In this document: positions 53,680-63,104 of the stretch, in pieces
Numbering within the stretch: the stretch's first letter is position 1
Layout of the letters: each line of letters starts with the position of its first letter
Program-made: the position numbers and the translations under genes
Source of the DNA: Chloroflexota bacterium
GTDB taxonomy: Bacteria > Chloroflexota > UBA11872
DNA length: 64,000 nucleotides
Reading direction: 5' to 3'
Assembly (NCBI GenBank): GCA_026708035.1
Contig: JAPOVQ010000006.1
Location: 123,554 to 187,553 of the forward strand
The notes under the pieces: generated by a model
Database searches by the model: none
What the model was told of the DNA's origin: nothing
Seen by the model: the letters and a program-made list of their open reading frames with translations, nothing else

Positions 53680-54804
53680 CTAGGCCTCGTACGGGGCGTC
53701 GAACTCCGCCGTCTCCACCCACGCCCCACGCTCGGCGGAGGCCACGGCGGCGTCCGTGAAGATCTGCACCCGCCAGCCGCCGTGCAATTCCGGCATCTCC
53801 GTGGGCTCGCCGGCCATCGTCGCCAGCAGCGCGGGATGGACCATGTCCCTGAAGTTGTTGAGGGCATCGGGCGGCGGCACGTTCTCGAGGTGCTCCGAAT
53901 CCCACGGCTTGCGCGAGATGCGCAGATCGCCGGTCCAGCGGTCGACGGCAAGGGAGGCCTCTTCGCCGTGCAACTCGATATCCGGCGCCAGCCCCGTTCG
54001 CAGATACGGCGCGTGCGAAACCAGGAGCACGCCGACGGCGCCGTTGTTCATCTCGAACGTGAGATTGCCGTAGTCGAACGCCGTGCCCTTGCGCCGCGAC
54101 TCCGCGGCCGTGGCGTCGTGCGCTTCGCTCCAGGCAAGCGCCTCCTCGAGATTGGGCTCGCCCAGGTCGGGCTTGGGCGGCGCCAGCACGCCGGCCTGCG
54201 CGAACACGCGCCGCGCCTCGAGGCCGGTGAGCCAGCGCAGGGTGTCGTAGGCGTGGGAACCGCCATCGGCGACGCTGCCGGCGGCCGACTGCTCGGCGTC
54301 GTCACGCCAGGTGAAGGGTATGGATGTCAACCGCGGGTTGTGCCAGCGATAGACGACGCCTCGGACCTCGCCGATCAGGCCCTCGGCCAGCAGCTGCCGC
54401 ACACGCGCGATTACCGGCACGCCGCGGATCCAAAACGGCACCATATGCCCCAACCCGCCATCGCGGTAGGCGGACCAGACGTCATGGGCTTCGCGCGCAT
54501 TCATGGCCACCGGCTTCTCGCACACGATGTGCTTGCCCTGCGCGGCGCATTCCAGGGCAATCTCGTAGTGCATGACGTCAGGAACCACCACCACGACGAC
54601 GTCGACATCGGGATGGGCCACCACTTCACGCCAGTCGGTGGTGACGAGCGCGGCGCCGTCCTCGCGCCCGGCCGCCTCCAGCAGATCGCGGCGACGCGCG
54701 CAGACCGCGACGATGTCGAATTGCTCCGGGACCTCCCGCATCTCGCGCCGATAGGGCACGCCGATGAACCCCGACGCGCCGATGACGCCAACTCTGAATC
54801 GCAT
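53680..54804 (-). CDS. Gfo/Idh/MocA family oxidoreductase
   Basis: MRFRVGVIGASGFIG Rossmann start at ATG 54804 preceded by GAGGTAGAG. Motif region HIVCEKPVA. Confidence 0.75.
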   Translation of the reverse strand: MRFRVGVIGASGFIGVPYRREMREVPEQFDIVAVCARRRDLLEAAGREDGAALVTTDWREVVAHPDVDVVVVVVPDVMHYEIALECAAQGKHIVCEKPVAMNAREAHDVWSAYRDGGLGHMVPFWIRGVPVIARVRQLLAEGLIGEVRGVVYRWHNPRLTSIPFTWRDDAEQSAAGSVADGGSHAYDTLRWLTGLEARRVFAQAGVLAPPKPDLGEPNLEEALAWSEAHDATAAESRRKGTAFDYGNLTFEMNNGAVGVLLVSHAPYLRTGLAPDIELHGEEASLAVDRWTGDLRISRKPWDSEHLENVPPPDALNNFRDMVHPALLATMAGEPTEMPELHGGWRVQIFTDAAVASAERGAWVETAEFDAPYEA

Positions 54805-54911
54805 GGCTCTACCTCGCGGATGCCGCGCCGCATCATCAAACCGCGCGCGCTGGGCTTTGTCCACTTGGGCCGGCGCCTGGCTCGGGGGTTTCGGGAAATT
54901 CACCCATGCAC

Positions 54912-55151
54912 GGGCGGGTCAGAGACCCGCCCCTACGTCAGGTGAGATGCCAGGGTTCATTCCCCCTCACCCCAACCCTCTCCCACGGTGGGGAGAGGGG
55001 GCATGGGCGCCGCTCATCCCAAGCCCCCCGCGAGTGCCACATTGACGGACGCGGGTAGCGGCGGGTTTCAAACCCGCCCGTTCGGTGTAGGGGCAGCCCT
55101 CGTGGCTGCCCTGGTCATCGGCGGCGCGGGCGCCCGCGAGGGACGCCCCTA
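54912..55151. repeat. composite repeat cluster: families C, B (reverse), C, A
   Basis: C at 54912-54936; B at 54962-55000; C at 55058-55086; A at 55087-55151 (GTAGGGGCAGCCCTCGTGGCTGCCC...GGGCGCCCGCGAGGGACGCCCCTAG). Confidence 0.7.
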
Positions 55152-55218
55152 GATGCCCGTGCAAGGGTCGCGCCGGGATAGCGGGGGATCGCTTGGTCCC
55201 CCACCATCCCCGGAGCAC

Positions 55219-56469
55219 TCAGCCCGAGGGACTCCGCGCCCTGGCCGCCCTCAGCCGGCGTTCGATCCGCGCCAGCCGGTGCTCCAACGCGGGTCGCGCG
55301 AGCGGCTGGGGTAGGGCGTCCAAGAGACGATCGGCGTGCGCCAGGGCTTCCACCGTGCACTCCCGCGCCGAATCGAACGCGCCCGCCCGATGCTCGTGGT
55401 ACTTGGCCAGCTCGACCAGCGCCCACACGGCGCCGCGTCCCTGGCGTCGCCGCATGCCCTCCCACACCTCCAGCGCCGGCGGCCAGGCGCCGCGACGCTT
55501 GTGGGCCAGGCTCAACGGCGCCTGCGCCAGCGGTTGCAACGCCTCGTCCAAGCCAAGCTCCAGCGCCCGGGTGTAAGCCGCCAGCGCCGCCTCCAAGTCA
55601 CCGGCCAACTCGAACGACCGCGCCGCACCCAGCACCTGGGCTGGCTGCGCCGTGGGGCTTCGCCAGCCGCCAAATGCATCGCAGGCCCTCACCAGCAACG
55701 CGGCCATGGACACCATGTCCGTCCGGTTGTGGGCCACCACCGGCACGAGCTCCTGAGCGTCGCCGGTGCGCAGATAGCGAAAGTAGATGTCGGGAATCTC
55801 ATGGCTCGGCACGTCGAGCTCCCGCTCGACACCCAGTATTTCCCGCTCCAGCGTTCCCAGGTCGCGGCGCGAGAGCTGGTAGCGCCACAGGCGCCGCGCG
55901 ACGTGCAGCAGGTCAAGCGCGCCCAGCGCCTCGAGAGACGTGCGTCGTCGGTTCATGATGAAGCGCGTTCGCAGCAGCGGCAGATCGAAGCTCTTGCCGT
56001 TGAAGCTCACCGTCCAGTCGAATCTCGAGATCAGGTTCGCCAGGTGCGCCATCATGGCCGGCTCGTCGGCGTGATCGCGCATGAAGTACTGCTCGACCCG
56101 CAGCGCGCCATCCTCCACCCAACCGCATCCCACCAGGAAGGCGTACGTGCCCGTCCCGCCGGCCAGCCCGGTGGTCTCCGTGTCGACGAACAGCGCCCGT
56201 TCAAGCTCGAAGTCCGCGAGCTCCGGATCGCCGCTGAGCGTGGTCAACGCGCGCCGGTCGGCCTCTCCGGGCCAGACCTGCGACAGCCCGCGCGGCAACG
56301 GGTGGGTCTCACTGATGACGACGAACGACCCGGCGTCGCTGGATTCGAGCACGCCGCCGACGACATCCTCGACCGGCACGCCCGGTGCAACCGTTCGAGT
56401 CGCAACCGCAGGCGCCGGCTCCACCGGCTCCCACGGCCGGTTCCAAGCCATCGTCCGTCCGCTTGTCAT
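55219..56469 (-). CDS. YprB/MrfB-like RNase-H-fold (DEDDh) exonuclease with C-terminal TPR-like region
   Basis: Exo I LFVDTETTG, exo II SFNGKSFD, exo III VVAHNRTD. Located immediately downstream of the YprA-like helicase gene. Confidence 0.7.
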   Translation of the reverse strand: MTSGRTMAWNRPWEPVEPAPAVATRTVAPGVPVEDVVGGVLESSDAGSFVVISETHPLPRGLSQVWPGEADRRALTTLSGDPELADFELERALFVDTETTGLAGGTGTYAFLVGCGWVEDGALRVEQYFMRDHADEPAMMAHLANLISRFDWTVSFNGKSFDLPLLRTRFIMNRRRTSLEALGALDLLHVARRLWRYQLSRRDLGTLEREILGVERELDVPSHEIPDIYFRYLRTGDAQELVPVVAHNRTDMVSMAALLVRACDAFGGWRSPTAQPAQVLGAARSFELAGDLEAALAAYTRALELGLDEALQPLAQAPLSLAHKRRGAWPPALEVWEGMRRRQGRGAVWALVELAKYHEHRAGAFDSARECTVEALAHADRLLDALPQPLARPALEHRLARIERRLRAARARSPSG

Positions 56470-56487
56470 GAGTGAGCGTCAATCACC

Positions 56488-56711
56488 GTAGGGGCAGCCG
56501 TTGGGGCAGCCCTTGTGGCTGCCCGGATCCACCCGGACCAGCGCCCACCAGGGACGCCCCTACTAGGGCACGCAACGGTCCGACATTCCCGTGAAGGGAG
56601 GCGCCTGAGCAACCCCTCAAGCAGAGATTGGAGAGCGGGTCCGGTCCCCTCTCCCTTGATGGGAGAGGGTTAGAGCCTGCCCCGGACTCGATCCGGGGGT
56701 GAGGGTGATCC
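56488..56711. repeat. composite repeat cluster between YprB-like and YprA-like genes: family A then family B (with internal extra hairpin)
   Basis: A at 56488-56573; B at 56643-56711 containing the inserted hairpin CCCCGGACTCGATCCGGGG. Confidence 0.7.
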
Positions 56712-56738
56712 GAAGCTCGGGCGCCGGTCGTCGACCGT

Positions 56739-59054
56739 TTACGCAACGGTCTCGTCCACGGACAAGGCACCGGCGCGAGGCGCGGCGGCTAACGCCGCTA
56801 CGGCCACGCCCGCGCGCGCCCGGAGCACCCGCAGCGTGGCCTGCTTGGCGCTGATGCCCGATGCCACCGGCGGCCCCACGCAGGCCGGGCAGCCCTCGGT
56901 GCAGTCGCAGCCGGCGGCCAGCTCCGCCGCGGACTGCATCACCTGGTCGAACGTCGCGTACAACCGCTCGCTCAGCCCCACGCCGCCCGGATAGCGGTCG
57001 TAGAGATACAGCGTCGGCGCCTGGGTGAAGGGCGACTTGATCTCGCTGACGACGCCCAGGTCGTGCGGGTCGCACATCAGATGGACCGCCGCCACGTTGG
57101 GCAGCAGGTGCCGCGCGCCCCAGAGGCCGGATTCGATCTCGGCGCGGGAGAGCGCCTCGGTCAATTCGGGGCGCATCCAGGCCCAGCAGGCCTGGGTGTG
57201 CATCTCCTGCTCGGGGAGATCGATGGTCCCCCAGCCCACGTTGTCGTCGTCGCTGATGCGCAGCTTCTTGAAAATCGTGGGCCGCGCGGTCACACGCACC
57301 TCGCCCCACGAACGACCCAGCGGCGCGTCGGCCTGCCGCTCGAAGTCGTCGAGCACGGCGACGTTCACGTTCATGCTGGCGACGGTGTAGTGCTCCACCG
57401 ACACCTCTTCGACATACGCCTTGCCCTGCTCCCAGTCGAGGCGATTGACGTGGTACTGGCGCCCGTCGTGGAGATAGATCGCGTCCTCGTGCACGCGCGT
57501 GGGCGCGGAGAAGCGGTCCACCTGGCCGATCACCTCGGGACGGCTCTCGTCGGTGACGATGACGATGTTGTCCAACGTGCCGGTGCGCAGGCTCACGAAC
57601 TGCGCGGGGTAGTCGTCGGCGTTCCAGTGATAGGTGCCGCCCGCCGGGTGCAAGATGCCCTCGTCGACGAGCATCCGCACCCCGCCGTCCGTAGTGGGTA
57701 CGCCAAAGGTCTCGTCCTCGACCAGCGGCAGCTCGAACGCGGCGCACTTGAGGTGGCTGGTGTAGACGTAGACATTGTCGGGATTGATGAGCGCCGACTC
57801 GACCGACTCGCGCAGCACGAAGTCCGGATTGCGCGCCACGAACTGGTCCAGCGGGCTCGATCCGGCCACGTAGACGGCCACCGACGACTCGCGGCGGCGT
57901 CCCGCGCGGCCCACCTGCTGCCAGAAACTCGCCAGCGACCCCGGATAGCCGCACAGCACGGCCGCCTGGGCTTGCCCGATGTCCACGCCCAGCTCCAGGG
58001 CGTTGGTGGCGACGACCGCCCGCACCGTGCCGTCGCGCAGGCCCGCCTCGATCTCGCGGCGCTCGGCCGGCAGGTAGCCGCCGCGGTAGCCGCGCACCTC
58101 GCCGCGGCCCAGGTGCGGACCGCCGCGCAGCTTGCTCAGCAGCAGCTCGGTGGCCGTGCGGCTGCGGGCGAACGTGAGCGTCTGGATGTCATTGCCCAGC
58201 AGCACCCCGGCGATCTCCGCCGCCGCGTCGATCTCGGAGGCCCGAATCCCCAGCTGCGCGTTCACGACCCGCGGGTTGTAGAAGATCAGGTGCTTTTCGC
58301 CGCGCGGCGAGCCGTCGTCGTCCACCACGCCCAGGTCGCGCTCGGTGAGCCGGTCGGCCAGCTGCTTGGGATTGGCGATGGTGGCGGAGCAGGCCACGAT
58401 CTGCGGTCGCGAGCCGTAGAACTCGGCCACGCGCAGTAGGCGCCGCAGCACGTTGGCCAGGTGACTGCCGAAGATGCCGCGATAGACGTGCAGCTCGTCG
58501 AGCACGATGAAGCGCAGGTTCTCGAACAGCCGGGTCCACTGGGTGTGGTGCGGCAGGATGCCCTGGTGGAGCATGTCGGGATTCGTGATCACCACGTGCC
58601 CGGCCTGCCGCAGCTTGCGCCGCGCGGTCGTCGGGGTGTCGCCGTCGTAGGTGTAGGTCTTGATATCCGCCTCGGCGACCTGGATCAGCGAGTACAGCTC
58701 GTCCAGCTGGTCCTGCGCCAGGGCCTTGGTGGGAAAGAGATAAAGCGCCCGGGCCTGGGGATCGTCCAGGATGGCCTGCACGACCGGCACGTTGTAGCAG
58801 AGGGTCTTGCCCGAAGCCGTGCCAGTGACGATGCAGACGTCCTCGCCACCGAGCACGCGCGCGATGGCCTCGGACTGGTGGGTGTAGAGCTCGCGCACGC
58901 CCCGCTGCTCCAGCGCCCGCCGCAGCACCGCCGCGACGCCCTGAGGCCAGTCGCCATACCGCGCCTCGCGCGCGGGCCGCACCTTCCAGGCGGTAACGCC
59001 GCGGGCAAAAGTGGCATCGCCCGAGAGCCGGTCGGCAAGCTGCGCGGCGTTCAT
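56739..59054 (-). CDS. YprA/MrfA-like DEAD/DEAH-box helicase with C-terminal DUF1998 zinc-cysteine domain
   Basis: Walker A TGTASGKT, helicase C domain, C-terminal four-Cys cluster CDCTEGCPACV. Confidence 0.8.
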   Translation of the reverse strand: MNAAQLADRLSGDATFARGVTAWKVRPAREARYGDWPQGVAAVLRRALEQRGVRELYTHQSEAIARVLGGEDVCIVTGTASGKTLCYNVPVVQAILDDPQARALYLFPTKALAQDQLDELYSLIQVAEADIKTYTYDGDTPTTARRKLRQAGHVVITNPDMLHQGILPHHTQWTRLFENLRFIVLDELHVYRGIFGSHLANVLRRLLRVAEFYGSRPQIVACSATIANPKQLADRLTERDLGVVDDDGSPRGEKHLIFYNPRVVNAQLGIRASEIDAAAEIAGVLLGNDIQTLTFARSRTATELLLSKLRGGPHLGRGEVRGYRGGYLPAERREIEAGLRDGTVRAVVATNALELGVDIGQAQAAVLCGYPGSLASFWQQVGRAGRRRESSVAVYVAGSSPLDQFVARNPDFVLRESVESALINPDNVYVYTSHLKCAAFELPLVEDETFGVPTTDGGVRMLVDEGILHPAGGTYHWNADDYPAQFVSLRTGTLDNIVIVTDESRPEVIGQVDRFSAPTRVHEDAIYLHDGRQYHVNRLDWEQGKAYVEEVSVEHYTVASMNVNVAVLDDFERQADAPLGRSWGEVRVTARPTIFKKLRISDDDNVGWGTIDLPEQEMHTQACWAWMRPELTEALSRAEIESGLWGARHLLPNVAAVHLMCDPHDLGVVSEIKSPFTQAPTLYLYDRYPGGVGLSERLYATFDQVMQSAAELAAGCDCTEGCPACVGPPVASGISAKQATLRVLRARAGVAVAALAAAPRAGALSVDETVA

Positions 59055-59332
59055 GCTGGTATTGGGTAGCTATACAGGAGTACGCCCCGCGTCACGCCGA
59101 GCATCGCCCGCCCACCCTAACGCACCATTCCCCACCACACAAATACCGAACACTCCGCTGCCGCAAGCCCTTGCGAGCGGACGTGGCGTTGGTCTATTTG
59201 TCGCGAACTCTGCCCTTGCGACGGGTTGACCGGCCTTTTGCGACCGTGGGACATTGCTGGTTTCAAGCTGATCTGTTCGGAATACTCCAGGCGTTTGCCA
59301 TCCCTTGATGAAGTGGCTAGAGGAGGCTCAAC

Positions 59333-60217
59333 ATGTTGGTTAAAACACTTCCATTGGGAATGGTACGTGTCTTTGCACTGAAGCTGACATTGATCTTGCT
59401 AATCACCGTTTCTTTGCTGTTCACGGATTCGCGTCATGTGCGGGCATGTACATGCGAAGAACCGATACCACTACCTGAGATCCTCGACTACTTCCCCATG
59501 GTTTTCGCAGGAAGGGTCATTGATGAGCGTCTACTGTATAGCCCTTACGCAGGAATGTCTCCTTTTAGTTTCGAATTACCGGATGCAGCCGAAACTGTTT
59601 ACACCTTCCTCGTTAGCAAGATCTGGAAAGGCCCACTCTATGAGACGGTTTACATCCAAGAGTGGAAAGCTCAGTCATCATGTTCCGATCGATCGTTCGA
59701 GCTGGGCGAGGAGTATCTCATCTACGCCGAGCCGCCGAATATGACGGTGTCCTTTTGCAGTGCATCAAAACCCCTGGCATCTGCGCAGGAAGATCTTGGA
59801 TACTTAGGAGCCGGCCAAGCGCCCGAAGCAGGAAGGGTCGCTCCCAGGCCATTCGGCCTAGAATACTGGCATTCCAAGGAGGAATTGATCGCAACTGTCA
59901 GAAGACTTCTTGCCCGCTGGGGTCCAGAGCCCTTTCCAACTTTCCCTGCAACGAGGTCGACGGCCATGTCAACGCCTACGCCCGTGCCGGGAACCCCCAC
60001 CCCGCAACCGACACCTACGCCCGCATCGACGCCAGAAACGCCCGCGGTAGCAGCCACTCCAGAGCCACCGCCCATCCCCAGTCCACATCCTGCGGGAATC
60101 AGCCAGGACGCGAGCGATCCGGTATGGCTCATTCCCACCGTCGCGGGCGTATCGGGCGTCATCGTGGGCGTTCTCGCGACCACACTCCTTGTGCGACAGC
60201 GACGCGGCGGCACCTAG
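59333..60217 (+). CDS. secreted TIMP/NTR-like domain protein with PT-rich linker and C-terminal TM anchor
   Basis: AGGAGG 8 nt before ATG. Signal peptide ending VRA|CTC. Mature N-terminal CTCEEP...VFAGRVI, plus Cys at mature positions 1, 3, 79 and 104 in TIMP-like spacing (SSCS, FCS). 5' half clearly lower GC than surroundings. Confidence 0.7.
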   Translation: MLVKTLPLGMVRVFALKLTLILLITVSLLFTDSRHVRACTCEEPIPLPEILDYFPMVFAGRVIDERLLYSPYAGMSPFSFELPDAAETVYTFLVSKIWKGPLYETVYIQEWKAQSSCSDRSFELGEEYLIYAEPPNMTVSFCSASKPLASAQEDLGYLGAGQAPEAGRVAPRPFGLEYWHSKEELIATVRRLLARWGPEPFPTFPATRSTAMSTPTPVPGTPTPQPTPTPASTPETPAVAATPEPPPIPSPHPAGISQDASDPVWLIPTVAGVSGVIVGVLATTLLVRQRRGGT

Positions 60218-60286
60218 GCTTCGGGCGCCGCCCGGCCGGCGTTGACTACATACCTGGCGCAGAGCCTGCCCCGTAGTTGATACGGC

Positions 60287-60363
60287 GGGCAGGTTTGAAA
60301 CCTGCCCCTACCGGAGACGCGCGCCACGTCGGGCGTAGGGGCGGGTTTGAAACCCGCCCGTTC
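60287..60363. repeat. two family-C hairpin repeats (GGGC[A/G]GGTTTGAAACC[T/C]GCCC)
   Basis: GCGGGCAGGTTTGAAACCTGCCCCTAC and GTAGGGGCGGGTTTGAAACCCGCCCGTTCC. Downstream of the TIMP-like gene. Confidence 0.65.
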
Positions 60364-60398
60364 CGGCATATGCACGGGCTTCGCGCGTGGCGTCGAGG

Positions 60399-61553
60399 TC
60401 AGGCCGCCCAGCTTGCGACGAAATCGTCCACGGTCACCGGCTGCCGCGGCTCGGCGTGGAGGCGTTGCGCCAGCCAGTCGCAGCGGCGCCACAGCTCGTT
60501 AGTCTCGGCGTCGCTGAACCACTCGCCGAAGTCCGCTCCCCAGCCCAGCGTGAGCGGATGGAGAGACTTGGCCTCGCGCTGCAAGTCCTCCGGCAGCTCG
60601 TCGAAGTCCGGCTGCCTGAGCAGGTAAATGTGCCGCGCGGCCTCGGCCACGCATGCCGTAAGGGTCAGCTTGGACGCGGGGCCGGCGCCGGGGTGCAAAC
60701 GCTCGAGCGCCGTGCGAAAGGCCGCCGCGTCGCCGTCCAGGACGCCCTTCAGCGCCCGCGCCGTGAGGTCCCGCTGCTCCGCGGCGAGGCGATTCCAGCT
60801 CTGGAACGCGGCGGCGGACGAGGGCGAGAGGTGGCGCGTGAAGCCCGGATCACGCGGCATGGCGTGCACCGAAATGCCGCCGTGCACGGTGCGCCGCAGC
60901 TTCGTGCTGTAGTTGCTGCCCCAGTGCAACATGCTGTGGTAGTAGATCAAGCCGTCGCCGGCCTTGAGCTTCACGGGCATGCCGCCCGGCAGCGGCGACC
61001 GCGGATCATCCCTGAGCCGCCGGTCCTCCTCGGGCGTGTTCAGTCGGCGGTGGCTGCCCGGAACCACCCAGAACACGTCGTCGTCGTAGAGCGGCAGGTT
61101 CCACTGCAGGTAGCGCGGGCCGGTTTCCGCCAGCTCCTCTTGCAGCAGCCACAACGGCGCCACCCCGTTGTTTCCAATGTCGCGGTGCCACTTGGCGGGG
61201 CCGTGGTCGACGCGTGGGTTGCACATCATCATCATGTGCATGGGCACCGCCTCGGTTCCGCTGAGCAGCTCGCGGCTGGTGCCCATGACCGGCTCGCTGA
61301 GCCATAGCTCGACCGCCGGCGCGGTTTCCTCGTCCACCAGCGCGTGAAAGTCGGGCACGCGCGGCTGCATGTGTTTTTCCCACATGCCGCCGGGCGGATC
61401 GTCGGGTCCAGCCTCGCGGCGCCAGACCTCGCGCTGTCGTTCCAATAGACCCTCGCAGGCCTCGCGTACCGCGTCGATCCGGTCGGCCGGGATGACGTTG
61501 CGCACGAAGAGATAGCCGTCGCGACGGAGCAGGGACTTGTTCAGGCTGGGCAT
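60399..61553 (-). CDS. phytanoyl-CoA dioxygenase (PhyH) family Fe(II)/2-oxoglutarate oxygenase
   Basis: HxD (WHRDIG), distal His (HWGSNYS), Arg (RRTVHG). 384 aa. Confidence 0.75.
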   Translation of the reverse strand: MPSLNKSLLRRDGYLFVRNVIPADRIDAVREACEGLLERQREVWRREAGPDDPPGGMWEKHMQPRVPDFHALVDEETAPAVELWLSEPVMGTSRELLSGTEAVPMHMMMMCNPRVDHGPAKWHRDIGNNGVAPLWLLQEELAETGPRYLQWNLPLYDDDVFWVVPGSHRRLNTPEEDRRLRDDPRSPLPGGMPVKLKAGDGLIYYHSMLHWGSNYSTKLRRTVHGGISVHAMPRDPGFTRHLSPSSAAAFQSWNRLAAEQRDLTARALKGVLDGDAAAFRTALERLHPGAGPASKLTLTACVAEAARHIYLLRQPDFDELPEDLQREAKSLHPLTLGWGADFGEWFSDAETNELWRRCDWLAQRLHAEPRQPVTVDDFVASWAA

Positions 61554-61631
61554 GGGGTCTCCGATGTTGGGCGACGCGCGACGCCTCGGTTCAGACGAGG
61601 CGTTTCACGAAGTGTGCTTGAGCGCTGAGTT

Positions 61632-61850
61632 TCCCACGCTGCCCACAGCGCGGGCCACCGGACCGAGCCCGTTCGGTGTAGGGGCAGCCCTAGTGGCTGC
61701 CCGGATCGAATTGCACGGGCGCCCACCAGGGGCGCCCCTACGCGGACCTGGCCGTCGCCGGGTCTGGATTCCCGCCCCGTTCGGTGTAGGGGCAGCCCTA
61801 GTGGCTGCCCGGATCGAACCGGACGGGCGCCCACCAGGGGCGCCCCTACG
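61632..61850. repeat. repeat cluster between PhyH paralogs: family D, then two tandem family-A elements separated by a family-E-like piece
   Basis: D at 61632-61660; A at 61678-61742 and 61786-61850, each GTAGGGGCAGCCCTAGTGGCTGCCC-n-GGGCGCCCACCAGGGGCGCCCCTAC. Confidence 0.75.
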
Positions 61851-61871
61851 CGGGCAACGGGGTCGCTCGGC

Positions 61872-63026
61872 CTACGTGCCCCAGCTCGCGGCGAACTGGT
61901 CCAGCGTCACCCGCTGCCGGGGCTCGGCCTGGAGACGCTGCGCCAACCACTCGAAGCGACGCCACAGCTCGTCGGCCTCCGCGTCGCTGAACCGGTCGGC
62001 GAAGGCCGGACCCCAGCCCAACGTGAGCGGGTGGAGGTGCGTGGCCTGTCGCTGCATCGCCTCCGGCAGGTCGTCGAAGCCCGGCTGCTTGAGCAGGTGA
62101 ATGTGACGCGCGGCTTCGGCCAGGCATGCCGTGAGGGTCAGCTTGGACGCGGGACCGGCACCGGGATGCAAGCGCTCGAGCGCCGCTTCAAAACCCGGCG
62201 CGTCGCCGGCCAAGACTCCGCGCAGCGCCTGGTCGGTGAGGTCCCGCTGCTCCGCCGCGCGGCGATTCCACGTCTGGAACGCAGCGGCGGACGAGGGCGA
62301 GAGATGGCGCGTGAAGCCGGTGTCCCGCGGCATGGCGTGCACCGCCATGCCGCCGTGCACCGTGCGCCGGAGCTTCGGGCTGTAGTTGCTGCCCCAGTGC
62401 AGCATGCTGTGGAGATAGATCAAGCCGTCGCCGGCCTTGAGCTCCACGGGCATGCCGCCCGGCAGCGGCGACCGCGGATCGTCCGCCAGCTGCCGATCCT
62501 CCTCCGGGGTATTCAGCCGGCGGTGGCTGCCCGGAACCACCCAGAGCACGTCGTCGTCGTAGAGCGGCAGGTTCCACTGCAAGTAGCGGGGGCCGGTTTC
62601 CGCCAGCTCCTCTTGCAGGAGCCACAGCGGCGCCACCTCGAGCGGCCCGATGTCGCGGTGCCACTTGGCGGGACCGTGGTCGGTGCGCGGGTTGCACATC
62701 ATCATCATGCGCATGGGCACCGCCTCAGGCCCGCTGAGCAGCTCGCGGCTGATACTCATGACCGGCTCGCTGAGCCAGATCTCGACCGCCAGCGCGGTTT
62801 CCGCGTCCACCAGTGCGTGAAACTCGGGCACGCGCGGCTGAGGGCGCATGTCCCACACGCCGCCGGGGAGATCGTCGGGCCCAGCCTCCTGGCGCCAGAT
62901 CTCGCGCTGCCGGTCCAGCACGCCCTCGCAGGCTTCGCGCACTGCGTCGAGCCGCTCGGCCGGGATGACGTCGCGCACGATGACGTAGCCGTCGCGACGG
63001 AGCTGGGATTGGTTCAAGCTGGGCAT
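61872..63026 (-). CDS. PhyH family oxygenase, tandem paralog of 60399-61553
   Basis: Same length, collinear, highly similar translation (MPSLNQSQLRRDGYVIVRDVIPAERLDAVREACEG...). Confidence 0.75.
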   Translation of the reverse strand: MPSLNQSQLRRDGYVIVRDVIPAERLDAVREACEGVLDRQREIWRQEAGPDDLPGGVWDMRPQPRVPEFHALVDAETALAVEIWLSEPVMSISRELLSGPEAVPMRMMMMCNPRTDHGPAKWHRDIGPLEVAPLWLLQEELAETGPRYLQWNLPLYDDDVLWVVPGSHRRLNTPEEDRQLADDPRSPLPGGMPVELKAGDGLIYLHSMLHWGSNYSPKLRRTVHGGMAVHAMPRDTGFTRHLSPSSAAAFQTWNRRAAEQRDLTDQALRGVLAGDAPGFEAALERLHPGAGPASKLTLTACLAEAARHIHLLKQPGFDDLPEAMQRQATHLHPLTLGWGPAFADRFSDAEADELWRRFEWLAQRLQAEPRQRVTLDQFAASWGT

Positions 63027-63104
63027 GGGGAATCCTGTGCTGCGTATCGCAATGTGTAGCGGTTCATGTGGAACGTCTCACGAAATGCATTTGAGCCCTG
63101 AGCT

